In this document: piece by piece, positions 43,979-52,469 of the stretch
How positions within the stretch are numbered: position 1 is the stretch's first letter
Layout of the letters: each line of letters opens with the position of its first letter
The notes under the pieces: model-generated
Told to the model about the DNA's origin: nothing
The model's input: the letters and a program-made list of their open reading frames with translations, nothing else
Database searches by the model: none
Assembly: GCA_002869015.1 (NCBI GenBank)
Contig: PKTT01000062.1
Coordinates: 26,257 to 90,256, forward strand
Reading direction: 5' to 3'
DNA from: Deltaproteobacteria bacterium
GTDB lineage: Bacteria; Desulfobacterota; Deferrisomatia; Deferrisomatales; BM512
DNA length: 64,000 nt
Translations under genes and position numbers: made by a program

Positions 43979-44521
43979 CTAGCCCCAGCCCTTGTTTCCG
44001 ACCTTGTCTACCAGCGGTTTCCATTTGCCCTGCGCGCGCAAGATAAACTCGCCAAGCTCTCGCAGGACGCCCTCTCCACCCTTACGGGTAGTCACGTAAT
44101 GGGATATCTCTTTGACCTCGGGGACTGCGTTGGCGGGAGCAACCGCAAAACCGACAAGCCGCATCACTCCCATATCGATAATTTCGTCGCCAACAAAGCA
44201 GACCTCTTCGGCGGTTATTCCCATCTCTTCCATAATCTCTTTACACTTCGCGGCTTTGTCCTTGGCCTGGTAAAAGCGCTTTACGCCTATCTCCTCACAA
44301 CGAACCGCGACTGTCTTGGATTTACGGGTGATCATCGAGACCTCTATACCCATCATCATGAGCATGTTGGCTCCGAAACCGTCGTCGTGGCTGAAGGTCT
44401 GGAACTTTACGCCTTCGTCGTTGTAGAGGATGTGTCCGCTTGTCAAGACGCCGTGCACATCCAGGATGACAATTTTTATTTTTGATGCCTTTTCAATCGC
44501 TTCATTCTGGTCGTAAACCAT
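43979..44521 (-). CDS. ppcC: KdsC-like HAD phosphatase subunit (PpcC-like, gamma)
   Basis: 180 aa with close KdsC-type layout (IKIVILDVHGVLTSG..., VCFVGDEIIDMGVMRLVGFAVAPANA, GGEGVLRELGEFILRAQGK). Motif I reads DVH rather than DVD. Confidence 0.75.
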   Translation of the reverse strand: MVYDQNEAIEKASKIKIVILDVHGVLTSGHILYNDEGVKFQTFSHDDGFGANMLMMMGIEVSMITRKSKTVAVRCEEIGVKRFYQAKDKAAKCKEIMEEMGITAEEVCFVGDEIIDMGVMRLVGFAVAPANAVPEVKEISHYVTTRKGGEGVLRELGEFILRAQGKWKPLVDKVGNKGWG

Positions 44522-44544
44522 CTTTATCTCCTCTTGCCGGCGGC

Positions 44545-45957
44545 TTAATCCAGGCCAAGCTCTTCCCAGCGGCTTTTTATGTTCTCAAGAACCTCTTGGC
44601 TCATCTCAACCTTGACCGGCTTGTCCTCCCACTCGAAGGGGATCGTTGCGTCCATGATGATTCTAGAGGTGATGAATTTGTTCTCTTTATCGTGCAGGGC
44701 TGGGTCAAGAGGTGTAGAACGGCCCCTGTTGATTATCTGGGTGGAGCGCTCTGGGTCATAACGCGTTGCCAACGCCCACCAGACGCGCGGCAGGTCATCG
44801 GCGGCGATGTCATCATCGACGATGATGAGACCTTTGAGACCATAAGTGCAGGTATTTGAGGCTATAACCGCAGCGGCAACTTGGTTGGAGTGGCCCGGAT
44901 ACATCTGCTTAAGTGAAACAATCGCCCAGAAGCGTCCGCAAGCTTCGGGGGGCATGTAAACTGACTGTATGCCCTTGATCCCCATGCGAGTGAGTTCCGT
45001 CCACAGAGTTGCGTTGCGAACGAATGCAAGCATCATGTGGTTGTCGTTGACGGGGCGGCCGACCGAGGCGGCGAGCAGGATAGGGTCATTTCGGTGGTAA
45101 ATGCGCTTAACCTCAATGGCTGGCTTATCTACCTGCTTATAAATCTCCTCGGTGTAGTAACCGGTGTATTCGCCGAAGGGACCTTCGCTGCGGAGGTTGT
45201 CGCCGTCAATGTATCCCTCGAGGACGAATTCCGCGGTGGCGGGTATCGGCAATCCGGTAAGAGGGGCTGTGACTACTTCGACCGGCTCGCCGCGCAAAGT
45301 ACCGACGACATCGTACTCATCGGCGTTCTCAACCATTGCGCTGCCTGCGAGCATAAGGAGAGGATCACACCCGACTACCAGGCAGATGGGCATCTTCTCG
45401 CCTTTTTTCCGATACTTCTGAAGGATGCGGTCTCCGCGCTTGCCCTTCAGTATCTGGGCGCCAACGGTCTTTGCGTCGAGGACCTGGCTTCTGTAGGTGC
45501 CCAGGTTGATCTCACCGGTTTCAGGATCCTTGACCACCATGAAGCAAGCAGTACCGATATACCTTCCGCCATCCTTCTCATAGAACTTGGGGGCGGGGAG
45601 CTTATAGATATCAATATCCTGCTCTTCAATCACATTCTCAAAAATGGGGCCGGTCTCGACCTGTTTTTTGGGGATAATCTCGCCAATGGAAAGCTTCATC
45701 CATTCGTAGCTTATCTCAGTCATGGTCATGTCGGCGGGTTTACCGAGACACATGGCAAGGCGCTTAGTGTTTGAATACGCGCCAAACATCACGCTGCCGA
45801 TACAGCCCTTTACATTCTCAAAGAGCATGGATGGGCCATCTCGCTCCTCAACCAACTTGGCTATGTGGGACATCTCGAGGTCCCAATCGACCTCTGCCGT
45901 CACCCTCTTCAAGTCACCTTTCGATTCACACAAACCGATAAAATCCCTAAGGTCCAT
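44545..45957 (-). CDS. ppcB: UbiD-family large subunit of phenylphosphate-carboxylase-type enzyme (alpha/beta assignment tentative)
   Basis: 470 aa with a UbiD fold (GGRYIGTACFMVVKDPETGEINLGTYR, AEFVLEGYIDGDNLRSEGPFGEYTGYY). First gene of the operon. Confidence 0.75.
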   Translation of the reverse strand: MDLRDFIGLCESKGDLKRVTAEVDWDLEMSHIAKLVEERDGPSMLFENVKGCIGSVMFGAYSNTKRLAMCLGKPADMTMTEISYEWMKLSIGEIIPKKQVETGPIFENVIEEQDIDIYKLPAPKFYEKDGGRYIGTACFMVVKDPETGEINLGTYRSQVLDAKTVGAQILKGKRGDRILQKYRKKGEKMPICLVVGCDPLLMLAGSAMVENADEYDVVGTLRGEPVEVVTAPLTGLPIPATAEFVLEGYIDGDNLRSEGPFGEYTGYYTEEIYKQVDKPAIEVKRIYHRNDPILLAASVGRPVNDNHMMLAFVRNATLWTELTRMGIKGIQSVYMPPEACGRFWAIVSLKQMYPGHSNQVAAAVIASNTCTYGLKGLIIVDDDIAADDLPRVWWALATRYDPERSTQIINRGRSTPLDPALHDKENKFITSRIIMDATIPFEWEDKPVKVEMSQEVLENIKSRWEELGLD

Positions 45958-45997
45958 TGATTCCTCCTAACACCACTTCGGGTTTATGAAATAACGT

Positions 45998-46033
45998 TAT
46001 AGAAACTATAAATAAGGATTCATATATAGACAA
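45998..46033 (-). promoter_or_regulatory. Candidate sigma-70 promoter of the ppc operon (TTGTCT-17 nt-TATAGT) overlapping a LysR-type T-N11-A box
   Basis: On the minus strand the -35 TTGTCT is at 46033-46028 and the -10 TATAGT at 46010-46005. Palindromes TATAGAAACTATA (45998-46010) and ATAACGTTAT (45991-46000) lie in the ppc/lysR divergent region. Confidence 0.4.
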
Positions 46034-46092
46034 TTCAGAAGATTTAATGCTATATATAAGTATATCTTTGGTTTTGAAACACTGTTTGGAGA

Positions 46093-46992
46093 TTGCTTAT
46101 GATAAACCTCAACCAACTGCGAGTCTTCCACGAAGCAGCCAAGTGCCAGAACTTCTCTGAGGCTGCCAGGAATCTATGCGTAACCCAGCCCGCCGTCACA
46201 GGCCAGATACGCTCTTTGGAAGAATCTTTGGAGATAAGGTTATTCAAAAAACGCGGGAGAAAGATGCTCCTCTCCGAAGCAGGAGCGGTTCTCTTTAGCC
46301 TTGCAACAAAAGTTTTCGACCTTGAGCAGGAGATGGAGCAGGTTATCGCAGAGATGCACGAGTTAAAACGAGGCATCCTAAAGGTTGGAACCACAAAGAC
46401 CTACGCCCGCTACCTTATGCCCTCTTTGATCTCAAAGTTCAGAAAAAAACACCCGGATATTAAAGTTATCCTGGATGAAGGCAGCTCGATGGAGATAACG
46501 TCCAGTCTCTTGGACCTTCGTAATGAGCTGGCGGTGGTAGCGGCGCACGAGGAGATTCCCGGCATATCGACCATACCCTTTCGAGAGGAGCCGGTAAGGT
46601 TGGTTGTAGCCAATGAGCACCCTTTCGCAAAGAAGGGTACTATCGAGTTTAGCGAGCTGGCTGGGCAATTCATAATTCTAAAAGAGCAGCAATCGAGTAC
46701 GCACCAAATTGTTCAGGAAGCTTTTACCGAGCATGGCTTGACCCCTAACGTGCTGGTTGAGACCAGTAACGTCGAGTTTATCAAGGAGACAGTTGAACGC
46801 GGAGAGGGGGTTGCCTTTCTGGTCTGGTCATCCATAGAGAAAGAGATCAACGCGCAGAAGCTGAAGGCCATAGAGATAAAGGGGTGTCACCTTTCGCTCC
46901 AGGTCGTAATATGCTTTCTGGAGGAGGGCGGACTCTCACCGGCGGCCAAGGCCTTCCTCAATATTTTGAAGGAGGCTTGCGAGACCGCTTAG
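46093..46992 (+). CDS. LysR family transcriptional regulator
   Basis: 299 aa. N-terminal HTH (LNQLRVFHEAAKCQNFSEAARNLCVTQPAVTGQIRSLEESL). Divergent from the ppc operon. Confidence 0.9.
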   Translation: MLMINLNQLRVFHEAAKCQNFSEAARNLCVTQPAVTGQIRSLEESLEIRLFKKRGRKMLLSEAGAVLFSLATKVFDLEQEMEQVIAEMHELKRGILKVGTTKTYARYLMPSLISKFRKKHPDIKVILDEGSSMEITSSLLDLRNELAVVAAHEEIPGISTIPFREEPVRLVVANEHPFAKKGTIEFSELAGQFIILKEQQSSTHQIVQEAFTEHGLTPNVLVETSNVEFIKETVERGEGVAFLVWSSIEKEINAQKLKAIEIKGCHLSLQVVICFLEEGGLSPAAKAFLNILKEACETA

Positions 46993-48041
46993 GGCGAAAT
47001 AAACATCCCTTCAAGGTCCAGCAGGCTTTCAAGGTAGAGGTCTGGCTTCTCGCCTTTGAGCGGCCTGTGCTCCTTCTCTCCACCTTTTATTATCGCGCAC
47101 TTAACTGATGAAGCGCGGGCGGCCTTCAAGTCGCTCATCGAATCCCCAACCATAATGGCCTTATCCGGAGATAGTGACATCAGCTCCAAAGCCTTTTGGA
47201 TACCCTCCCCATCCGGCTTCATCAGAGCTACATCGTTTCTAGTTATAATTACATCAAAGAGGCCCCGCCACTGGAAGCGGTCCAAAATTTTATCACCGAC
47301 CTCTCTGCCTATATTACTCACCATAGCGATAGGGAATTTATTTTCCTTGAGCTTCCTCAACAGCTCTTCTGCTCCGCTGCTTTCGCTCCATCTATCCAGA
47401 GCGTCATGGTCATATTTGTCATAGATGGGGCCTAAAGCAGCATCAATCCTTGATATTGCTTCACGGTCGAAACCCTCTTTAACGTAGGCGGCTTTACGGA
47501 TACCTGCGTAATCCACGTCTTTTAAGATTGCTTCATCGAAACCAAGCCCAAGGAGCGCACCTTTAAGCTCAGCCTCGGCCTCAAGAAGGTTCCATTGAAA
47601 ATCGACCAGCGTCCCTTCGAGGTCAAATATTACACCTTCAAGGTGACGATCACCCCCCCTCATCTCTAGTGAAACGGAGATCTCATCGCCATTTGAGAGC
47701 GATAGAAGATCGCGGAGGCGGTAGGGTGAGACAAGTTCAATTTTATCTGCGGGGTAATCATCGACCTCAGGTAAAACTATAACCGCCGGAACCAATCCAT
47801 TGACCCTGACCGGATAGCAGATTGCACTGCAAAAACCCGGCGCTGGTTTTACGGTGCTTGAAGAAGATACTTTGTCCCAATGATCTTTTATTGAGAGGCG
47901 ATCTTTCGAGAGAGTGAGGTTGAGAGTTCCCGGATAGGGCTCCCTTCCCAGCGCGGAAGTAAGCTGCGGCTTGACCCAGTCAAGTTCAGTAAAAAAATTC
48001 GCTTCGTTTAGCCCCTCCGACACTCTCGCCCTGAATTCCAT
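46989..48041 (-). CDS. Fusion protein: archaeal-type CTP-dependent riboflavin kinase domain (DUF120) + HAD hydrolase domain
   Basis: ORF 46989..48104. Start moved to ATG 48041 (GGGAG RBS). The N-terminal ...LGREPYPGTLNLTL... and ...KIELVSPYRLRDLLSLSNGDEISV match MJ0056-type RibK as recalled. The C-terminal HAD has motifs VIFDLEGTLVDF and MVGDSMSDLKAA. Confidence 0.7.
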   Translation of the reverse strand: MEFRARVSEGLNEANFFTELDWVKPQLTSALGREPYPGTLNLTLSKDRLSIKDHWDKVSSSSTVKPAPGFCSAICYPVRVNGLVPAVIVLPEVDDYPADKIELVSPYRLRDLLSLSNGDEISVSLEMRGGDRHLEGVIFDLEGTLVDFQWNLLEAEAELKGALLGLGFDEAILKDVDYAGIRKAAYVKEGFDREAISRIDAALGPIYDKYDHDALDRWSESSGAEELLRKLKENKFPIAMVSNIGREVGDKILDRFQWRGLFDVIITRNDVALMKPDGEGIQKALELMSLSPDKAIMVGDSMSDLKAARASSVKCAIIKGGEKEHRPLKGEKPDLYLESLLDLEGMFISP

Positions 48042-48066
48042 ATCTTTTTTCTCCCGAGAAAAACAA

Positions 48067-48090
48067 TCGGGCCCTCCAAAGAGGGCCCGA
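48067..48090 (-). terminator. Rho-independent terminator after the pps operon (hairpin usable on both strands)
   Basis: TCGGGCCCTC-CAAA-GAGGGCCCGA. On the minus strand it is followed by TTGTTTTTCT and then directly by the RBS of the ribK-HAD gene. Confidence 0.6.
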
Positions 48091-48122
48091 CTTTTTACGT
48101 GCAAACTAACGCATCAAAAACA

Positions 48123-48623
48123 TTACTCTTTCATCTCCGAGAAGACGGCATTCTCCATAGCCGCCATCTCCTCTTTCTCTCCTTCGAGCCACTCATAGGT
48201 AAAGGGCTTGGCGGTAACTCCAGGAAAGGATTGGTCCCTTGCACCCAAAAGCTCCATCTCGTAGACCATCATTTCACTTGGCTTTACAGCCTCAAGGCTA
48301 TCCTTGACTTTCTTGGCCTTGCCTTTTACCAGATAAGCAAGGTTACCATTGCCGATTATATGAACCCCTGCGAGGCCCGAGGCATTGATGTTGACAGCCG
48401 CGGTGCCTTTGGAGTCAACGGCAAACCTCAGACGCTTAGAGTCCATAGCAACTGCCCATGTATATGCTGAACTTGGGTAACCATCTGCGCCAGCAGTCAG
48501 AAGCAAGGCGGGTGCTCCAGGCTGAAGAAAACTGACTAAATTTTCGGGCATCTCTTTTAACACACCGCTCATTTCCTTACTCCTTCTATGCTTATCTATG
48601 CATTCATCGCTTAACCATCTCAT
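48123..48623 (-). CDS. Pyridoxamine-5'-phosphate-oxidase-like (FMN-binding split-barrel) protein in the ppsC position
   Basis: 166 aa. ATGA overlap with ppsB (alternative start MSGVLK at 48572). ...PALLLTAGADGYPSSAYTWAVAMDSKRLRFAVDSKGTAAVNINASGLAGVHIIG... looks like the PNPOx-like family. No CBS-domain pattern. Confidence 0.5.
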   Translation of the reverse strand: MRWLSDECIDKHRRSKEMSGVLKEMPENLVSFLQPGAPALLLTAGADGYPSSAYTWAVAMDSKRLRFAVDSKGTAAVNINASGLAGVHIIGNGNLAYLVKGKAKKVKDSLEAVKPSEMMVYEMELLGARDQSFPGVTAKPFTYEWLEGEKEEMAAMENAVFSEMKE

Positions 48624-49750
48624 TTAAAGCGTACCCCTGTGATGAGCTGGCCTACGATCCTGTCCATAGCATCCTTCTTCTTCTCCGTCTTGGCCTGGGC
48701 CTCTTTCTTGGACCAGACTGATTCAGGCCTGACCTGAAGGATAATTATGTTGGATGGGAAGGAGAGATCCCTGTCAATGCCAAACTCAATATCATAGGGC
48801 TTGCCATAATAACGATCGATGGTTTTAGAGACCTTGCACAGCTCAACGAGTTCGTCACGCTGGAGGCAGAAACGGTTGCGGTCTTCTTCGCAAACCGCCA
48901 CCTCTTTGATATCGCTACCGCCCTCGTTGTAGACGCACTGGATCTCCTTTGCCCCTTTAGTTGAGCTGATGACATCCAAGGTAACCTTGTCCAGGAGGTA
49001 GTTGTCCGGGGTCACAAGCCCGCTGACCACTGCCTCACCGAGCCCGTAGCTGACATCCACCGAGATCTTTGAGCGGTCGCCATTTAAGGGATTAAGGGTG
49101 AAGATGACACCGGATACCCTTGAATTAACCATTTTGGGCACGCCAACTCCGATGTTCAGGAGGAAGCCCATGTCTTTGTTCATCCGGTAGGTGATCGCCT
49201 CAACGTGGTATGCGCTGGCCCAGGTCTTTTTAACGTAATCGACCAGGTCTTTTTCGCCCATAATGTTGAGGTACGTTTCCATCTGACCCGGCATTGACAC
49301 TGCACCTGAAGAACGAACCGCCACCCTTAAATTCGGGACACCGGCCAAATCGCAGAGCTTTCCATACTGTGAACATATCTCGTCCACCAACACCTGCGGG
49401 ACGGTAGCGTCATTTATAAGGTCTAGGGTAAAGTCACTTGCAGCTTGACATTTTTCCACTGAAACCTCACCCAGGGAGTTTATATATTTCCCCAGCTCAT
49501 CAAGAATTCCAGTTTCACGGATAAAAATGTCATTCGCCTTAAGCGTGAGAGCGAAACCGGGGCTAATCGGAATACCAGCCTTTCGCATTTCGCCCAGATT
49601 GGCGTTTTTCTTACCAACCAGCGGGAAGTCGGAACCTTCAAGCTCCTCATACCAGAATGACAGGCTATTTTCTTTCTCAGACATGGCCATTCCCTGACTA
49701 TTTTGAAATTCATCTTCCATCATAAAAAATTTAACTTGAGCCGCTTCCAT
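48620..49750 (-). CDS. ppsB: Phenylphosphate synthase beta-like subunit (PEP synthase N-terminal ATP-binding part)
   Basis: 376 aa. DFPLVGKKNANLGEMRKAGIPISPGFALT is typical of the PEP/pyruvate-binding (PPDK_N) domain. Adjacent to ppsA. Confidence 0.8.
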   Translation of the reverse strand: MEAAQVKFFMMEDEFQNSQGMAMSEKENSLSFWYEELEGSDFPLVGKKNANLGEMRKAGIPISPGFALTLKANDIFIRETGILDELGKYINSLGEVSVEKCQAASDFTLDLINDATVPQVLVDEICSQYGKLCDLAGVPNLRVAVRSSGAVSMPGQMETYLNIMGEKDLVDYVKKTWASAYHVEAITYRMNKDMGFLLNIGVGVPKMVNSRVSGVIFTLNPLNGDRSKISVDVSYGLGEAVVSGLVTPDNYLLDKVTLDVISSTKGAKEIQCVYNEGGSDIKEVAVCEEDRNRFCLQRDELVELCKVSKTIDRYYGKPYDIEFGIDRDLSFPSNIIILQVRPESVWSKKEAQAKTEKKKDAMDRIVGQLITGVRFK

Positions 49751-49753
49751 TTC

Positions 49754-51610
49754 TTATGCCCTCTCTACGATGACTACGCTGCCCTGATCGCCATCAATCC
49801 TTATGGTGTCACCGGTCTTGATTACTGATGTTCCGTTGCCTGTGCCAACAACAGTGGGCAGGCCATACTCACGGCAAACAATAGCCGCATGGCACATTGC
49901 GCCGCCCACGTCGGTTATGCAGCCGGCAATCTTGGTGAAGGCAGGTGCCCAACTCGGCGAAGTAGTGGTTGCGACAAGTATCTCTCCTTCTTTGAGATCG
50001 GCGAGGCCCTCTACGGTCTTGATGACGCGAGCCTTACCCTCGACCAGCCCTGAGGAGCCGGGTGAGCCCATAAGCTCGTCGGATGGGGCGCCTACGGCTG
50101 CTTCCATGCCCTTAAGCCAGTTCTTCAACGTACCTGTGGTGACGCCCCAGAGCATAATGCTGAAGGGCTCTGTTACGACATCCGGGGGGGTACCAAGGGC
50201 TGGCGGGGGAGTCCACTCCTGGAATTTAGCGATAACGCCCTTGCGCCACTCCAACTCCTTGCCCCAATAGGAGGGACCAAGGGATTTCACGCCGGTAGCC
50301 CAAGCTGTTACGTAATCCCAAAGGGCTTCTTTGATCTCGCCGCGCTTCATAAGCCAAATCTCTTCACGGTCTTTAATGAAGCCGGCAGAAACGAGTATGT
50401 CTGCGACCTGGCGCATCTTGTTCCAGAAGACGGAGTGGAACCAGTTCTCTACGTAAAAGCAGTGGTCCTCGACGTAGGGGAAGACTTTTTTAGCCATGCC
50501 AAGGGCCTGCTCGAAGGCAACGCGATCCTCGTCGTTGTCGATAAGAGCCATGTACTCTTCAACGATCTTTTCGCTCTCTGCCAGCAGTTTCTCAGTGGGG
50601 CGACCGACCTCTTTGCCAGCATTGATCGCGTCAATGTGCATGCGAATGGAGGAGAAGGGAATGTTCAGGTCGTCATTCCAGGACTTATGGTGGTGATACC
50701 ACCCAGTGCCTGTTGAGACCCAGAACCAGGGATAGCGGGATTTTTCAAGCTCATCCAGCCAGTATTTTCCGGCGCTGCTTTTTTCAAGCGCCGCCATCAT
50801 TTCCGTTGCATCCCTCTCTATAAGGATCTCATCAGCAAGGTTCTCCTCAATTGCGAGCTTTGCCAGCCTGATTAGCTCAGCATCAGGACGGTAAAGAACG
50901 ACATCAATGCCGGAGACCATCTTTGTCAGTGTAGAAATCGGAATATCGGGGAAAATTGAGTTTGCCGTGTTGATGAAGGTAAGGTAAGCGGCATAGCCCA
51001 GATTCAAGAATTCAAAGTGGTACTGCCAAATAGTCAGCCCCATGTTGATGAGCTCGTCGTACTCGGTCAGCAGATGATATCCGCTGCCGGTGCCCTTATT
51101 CTCAAAGACAACGCTCTCATCCTCAACCTCGGGAAGAGGCTTGAAGGAGACTGCTTCAAGGTCCGAAAGGAGCTTGTTTACCTTCACCTTCCATTCGGCA
51201 TAAAGGGAATCCCAGTTTTCATAATAGTAACCTGCGCGCTTCATGAATACGGGGACACGCTCGCCGATCTCTTCAGGATCGGCCACGCCAACTGGAGTTA
51301 TGTAGACATAACCGTTAACGACTCTGTGGTCTATTCCATTTGCCGGGGGCATAAGAAACGTACGAGTGTTATTCTGCGAAAGCGCCAGGTACCATGCTTC
51401 ATCCCAAATAAGGTCGAAGGGATAATGGGGCTCCGGGTAATGGAGGCCATCATAGAACCAAAGCTGTTCATCCTCATACTTACCCCTTTCGGGGTCTTCT
51501 TTTGAGAATTGGTAGTTGTAGGGATACATGCGCTCCCAACCCTCGGTGCCAGGAATCGTCGGAATGTCATGGGGGCTCTTGAATTTTCCGCTCACTGTGT
51601 TCCTCCTCAT
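49754..51610 (-). CDS. ppsA: Phenylphosphate synthase alpha-like subunit (central/His-domain part of PEP synthase)
   Basis: 618 aa. C-terminal PEP-utilising mobile domain GEILVATTTSPSWAPAFTKIAGCITDVGGAMCHAAIVCREYGLPTVVG. Size is about 70 kDa, as for PpsA. Confidence 0.8.
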   Translation of the reverse strand: MRRNTVSGKFKSPHDIPTIPGTEGWERMYPYNYQFSKEDPERGKYEDEQLWFYDGLHYPEPHYPFDLIWDEAWYLALSQNNTRTFLMPPANGIDHRVVNGYVYITPVGVADPEEIGERVPVFMKRAGYYYENWDSLYAEWKVKVNKLLSDLEAVSFKPLPEVEDESVVFENKGTGSGYHLLTEYDELINMGLTIWQYHFEFLNLGYAAYLTFINTANSIFPDIPISTLTKMVSGIDVVLYRPDAELIRLAKLAIEENLADEILIERDATEMMAALEKSSAGKYWLDELEKSRYPWFWVSTGTGWYHHHKSWNDDLNIPFSSIRMHIDAINAGKEVGRPTEKLLAESEKIVEEYMALIDNDEDRVAFEQALGMAKKVFPYVEDHCFYVENWFHSVFWNKMRQVADILVSAGFIKDREEIWLMKRGEIKEALWDYVTAWATGVKSLGPSYWGKELEWRKGVIAKFQEWTPPPALGTPPDVVTEPFSIMLWGVTTGTLKNWLKGMEAAVGAPSDELMGSPGSSGLVEGKARVIKTVEGLADLKEGEILVATTTSPSWAPAFTKIAGCITDVGGAMCHAAIVCREYGLPTVVGTGNGTSVIKTGDTIRIDGDQGSVVIVERA

Positions 51611-51675
51611 AGGTTTTTAAGACTTAGTATGATTTAGCGTTTGGTAATGGTTTTAAAAAATAAGTATTAATAACG

Positions 51676-52323
51676 CTAAAGCCTGAACCAGCGAGGCTTA
51701 TCAAAGCGCTCGGTGGTCTTGAGTATTTTGCTGTTGAAGTTCTCTCCGCAGCTCTGGTTCATTTCATGGGTGAGTTCCTTGAAGACCTCGCTCCCGAGAA
51801 ACATCCCGATATCCACAGGATCCTTGAAGGTGAGCTCCAAGAGGACTTCGCTGAAACCGCCGATTAAGATGTTCCACTCTCTTGTGAAATCAACGTAATC
51901 GAGCTTGTCAATTGCAGGTATAAACTCGTTTTCCATGAAATCGTCGTAGCACTTTTCCTTACCTGGGCGGATATCGAAGTACTGGTTGAATTTCCAAACG
52001 CCCTCTTGGATTGAATACTTTTCAGGACCAAACTTGCGCTTTTGGACAAGCACTCTGGAGGTGTACTGGGAGACTAAAGCTTTGAGGTCTGACTTTATCT
52101 CCTCGAATTCCTTGGAAGCGAGGATGGTAAAAAGCTGCTGTATGGTATCGACGCTTTTTACGGAAATGATTCTTGGTCCCTGGCCTGACATGACATAAAA
52201 ACCGCCAACCGAGTTAAACCCCAACTCGTTGCTCCTCGGGATGTATGATTTTGAGATAAAATGCTCGTATTCATCCTCTGAACCTGGCAATACGTTCCAG
52301 CTCTGGGTGAACAACAGCGACAT
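51676..52323 (-). CDS. Hypothetical protein made of two homologous ~100-aa halves; first gene of the pps operon
   Basis: ORF 51676..52356. Start moved to ATG 52323 (AGGAG RBS). Internal duplication is visible by eye. No recognised family. Confidence 0.55.
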   Translation of the reverse strand: MSLLFTQSWNVLPGSEDEYEHFISKSYIPRSNELGFNSVGGFYVMSGQGPRIISVKSVDTIQQLFTILASKEFEEIKSDLKALVSQYTSRVLVQKRKFGPEKYSIQEGVWKFNQYFDIRPGKEKCYDDFMENEFIPAIDKLDYVDFTREWNILIGGFSEVLLELTFKDPVDIGMFLGSEVFKELTHEMNQSCGENFNSKILKTTERFDKPRWFRL

Positions 52324-52454
52324 CTCGTTCTCCTTTCGACCTTGGTGGCTTCTCAAAAGACCGGCTTAGCCTGATATAGAGAGCCAGTTAAACACTTTTC
52401 ATATCTCCCGCCTGAGCCACAAAGGTGCACTCAAGGGAATGGGAGTTTTCTAAA

Positions 52455-52469
52455 GCAAAAGGTGTGCCC
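52455..52469 (-). promoter_or_regulatory. Sigma-54-type promoter candidate for the pps operon (GGGCAC-N5-TTGCT)
   Basis: The minus strand reads gGGCACaccttTTGCTt, matching TGGCAC-N5-TTGCW except for the first T. Lies about 130 nt upstream of ATG 52323 and downstream of the OMP-gene terminator. Confidence 0.5.

Noticed and set aside
45037-45774. Long antisense ORFs inside real genes, for example 245 aa at 45037..45774 (+), 183 aa at 14707..15258 (+), 162 aa at 51017..51505 (+), 155 aa at 49803..50270 (+) and 143 aa at 62905..63336 (+).
   Set aside because: All lie fully within, and opposite to, genes with strong family signatures. Their translations are low-complexity (Arg/Ser/Pro/Gly-rich) with no RBS or motif, as is typical of shadow ORFs.
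48042-48104. 21-codon N-terminal extension of the ribK-HAD ORF.
   Set aside because: It would be translated from within the terminator hairpin of the pps operon. ATG 48041 has a GGGAG RBS, and the RibK domain homology starts right after it.
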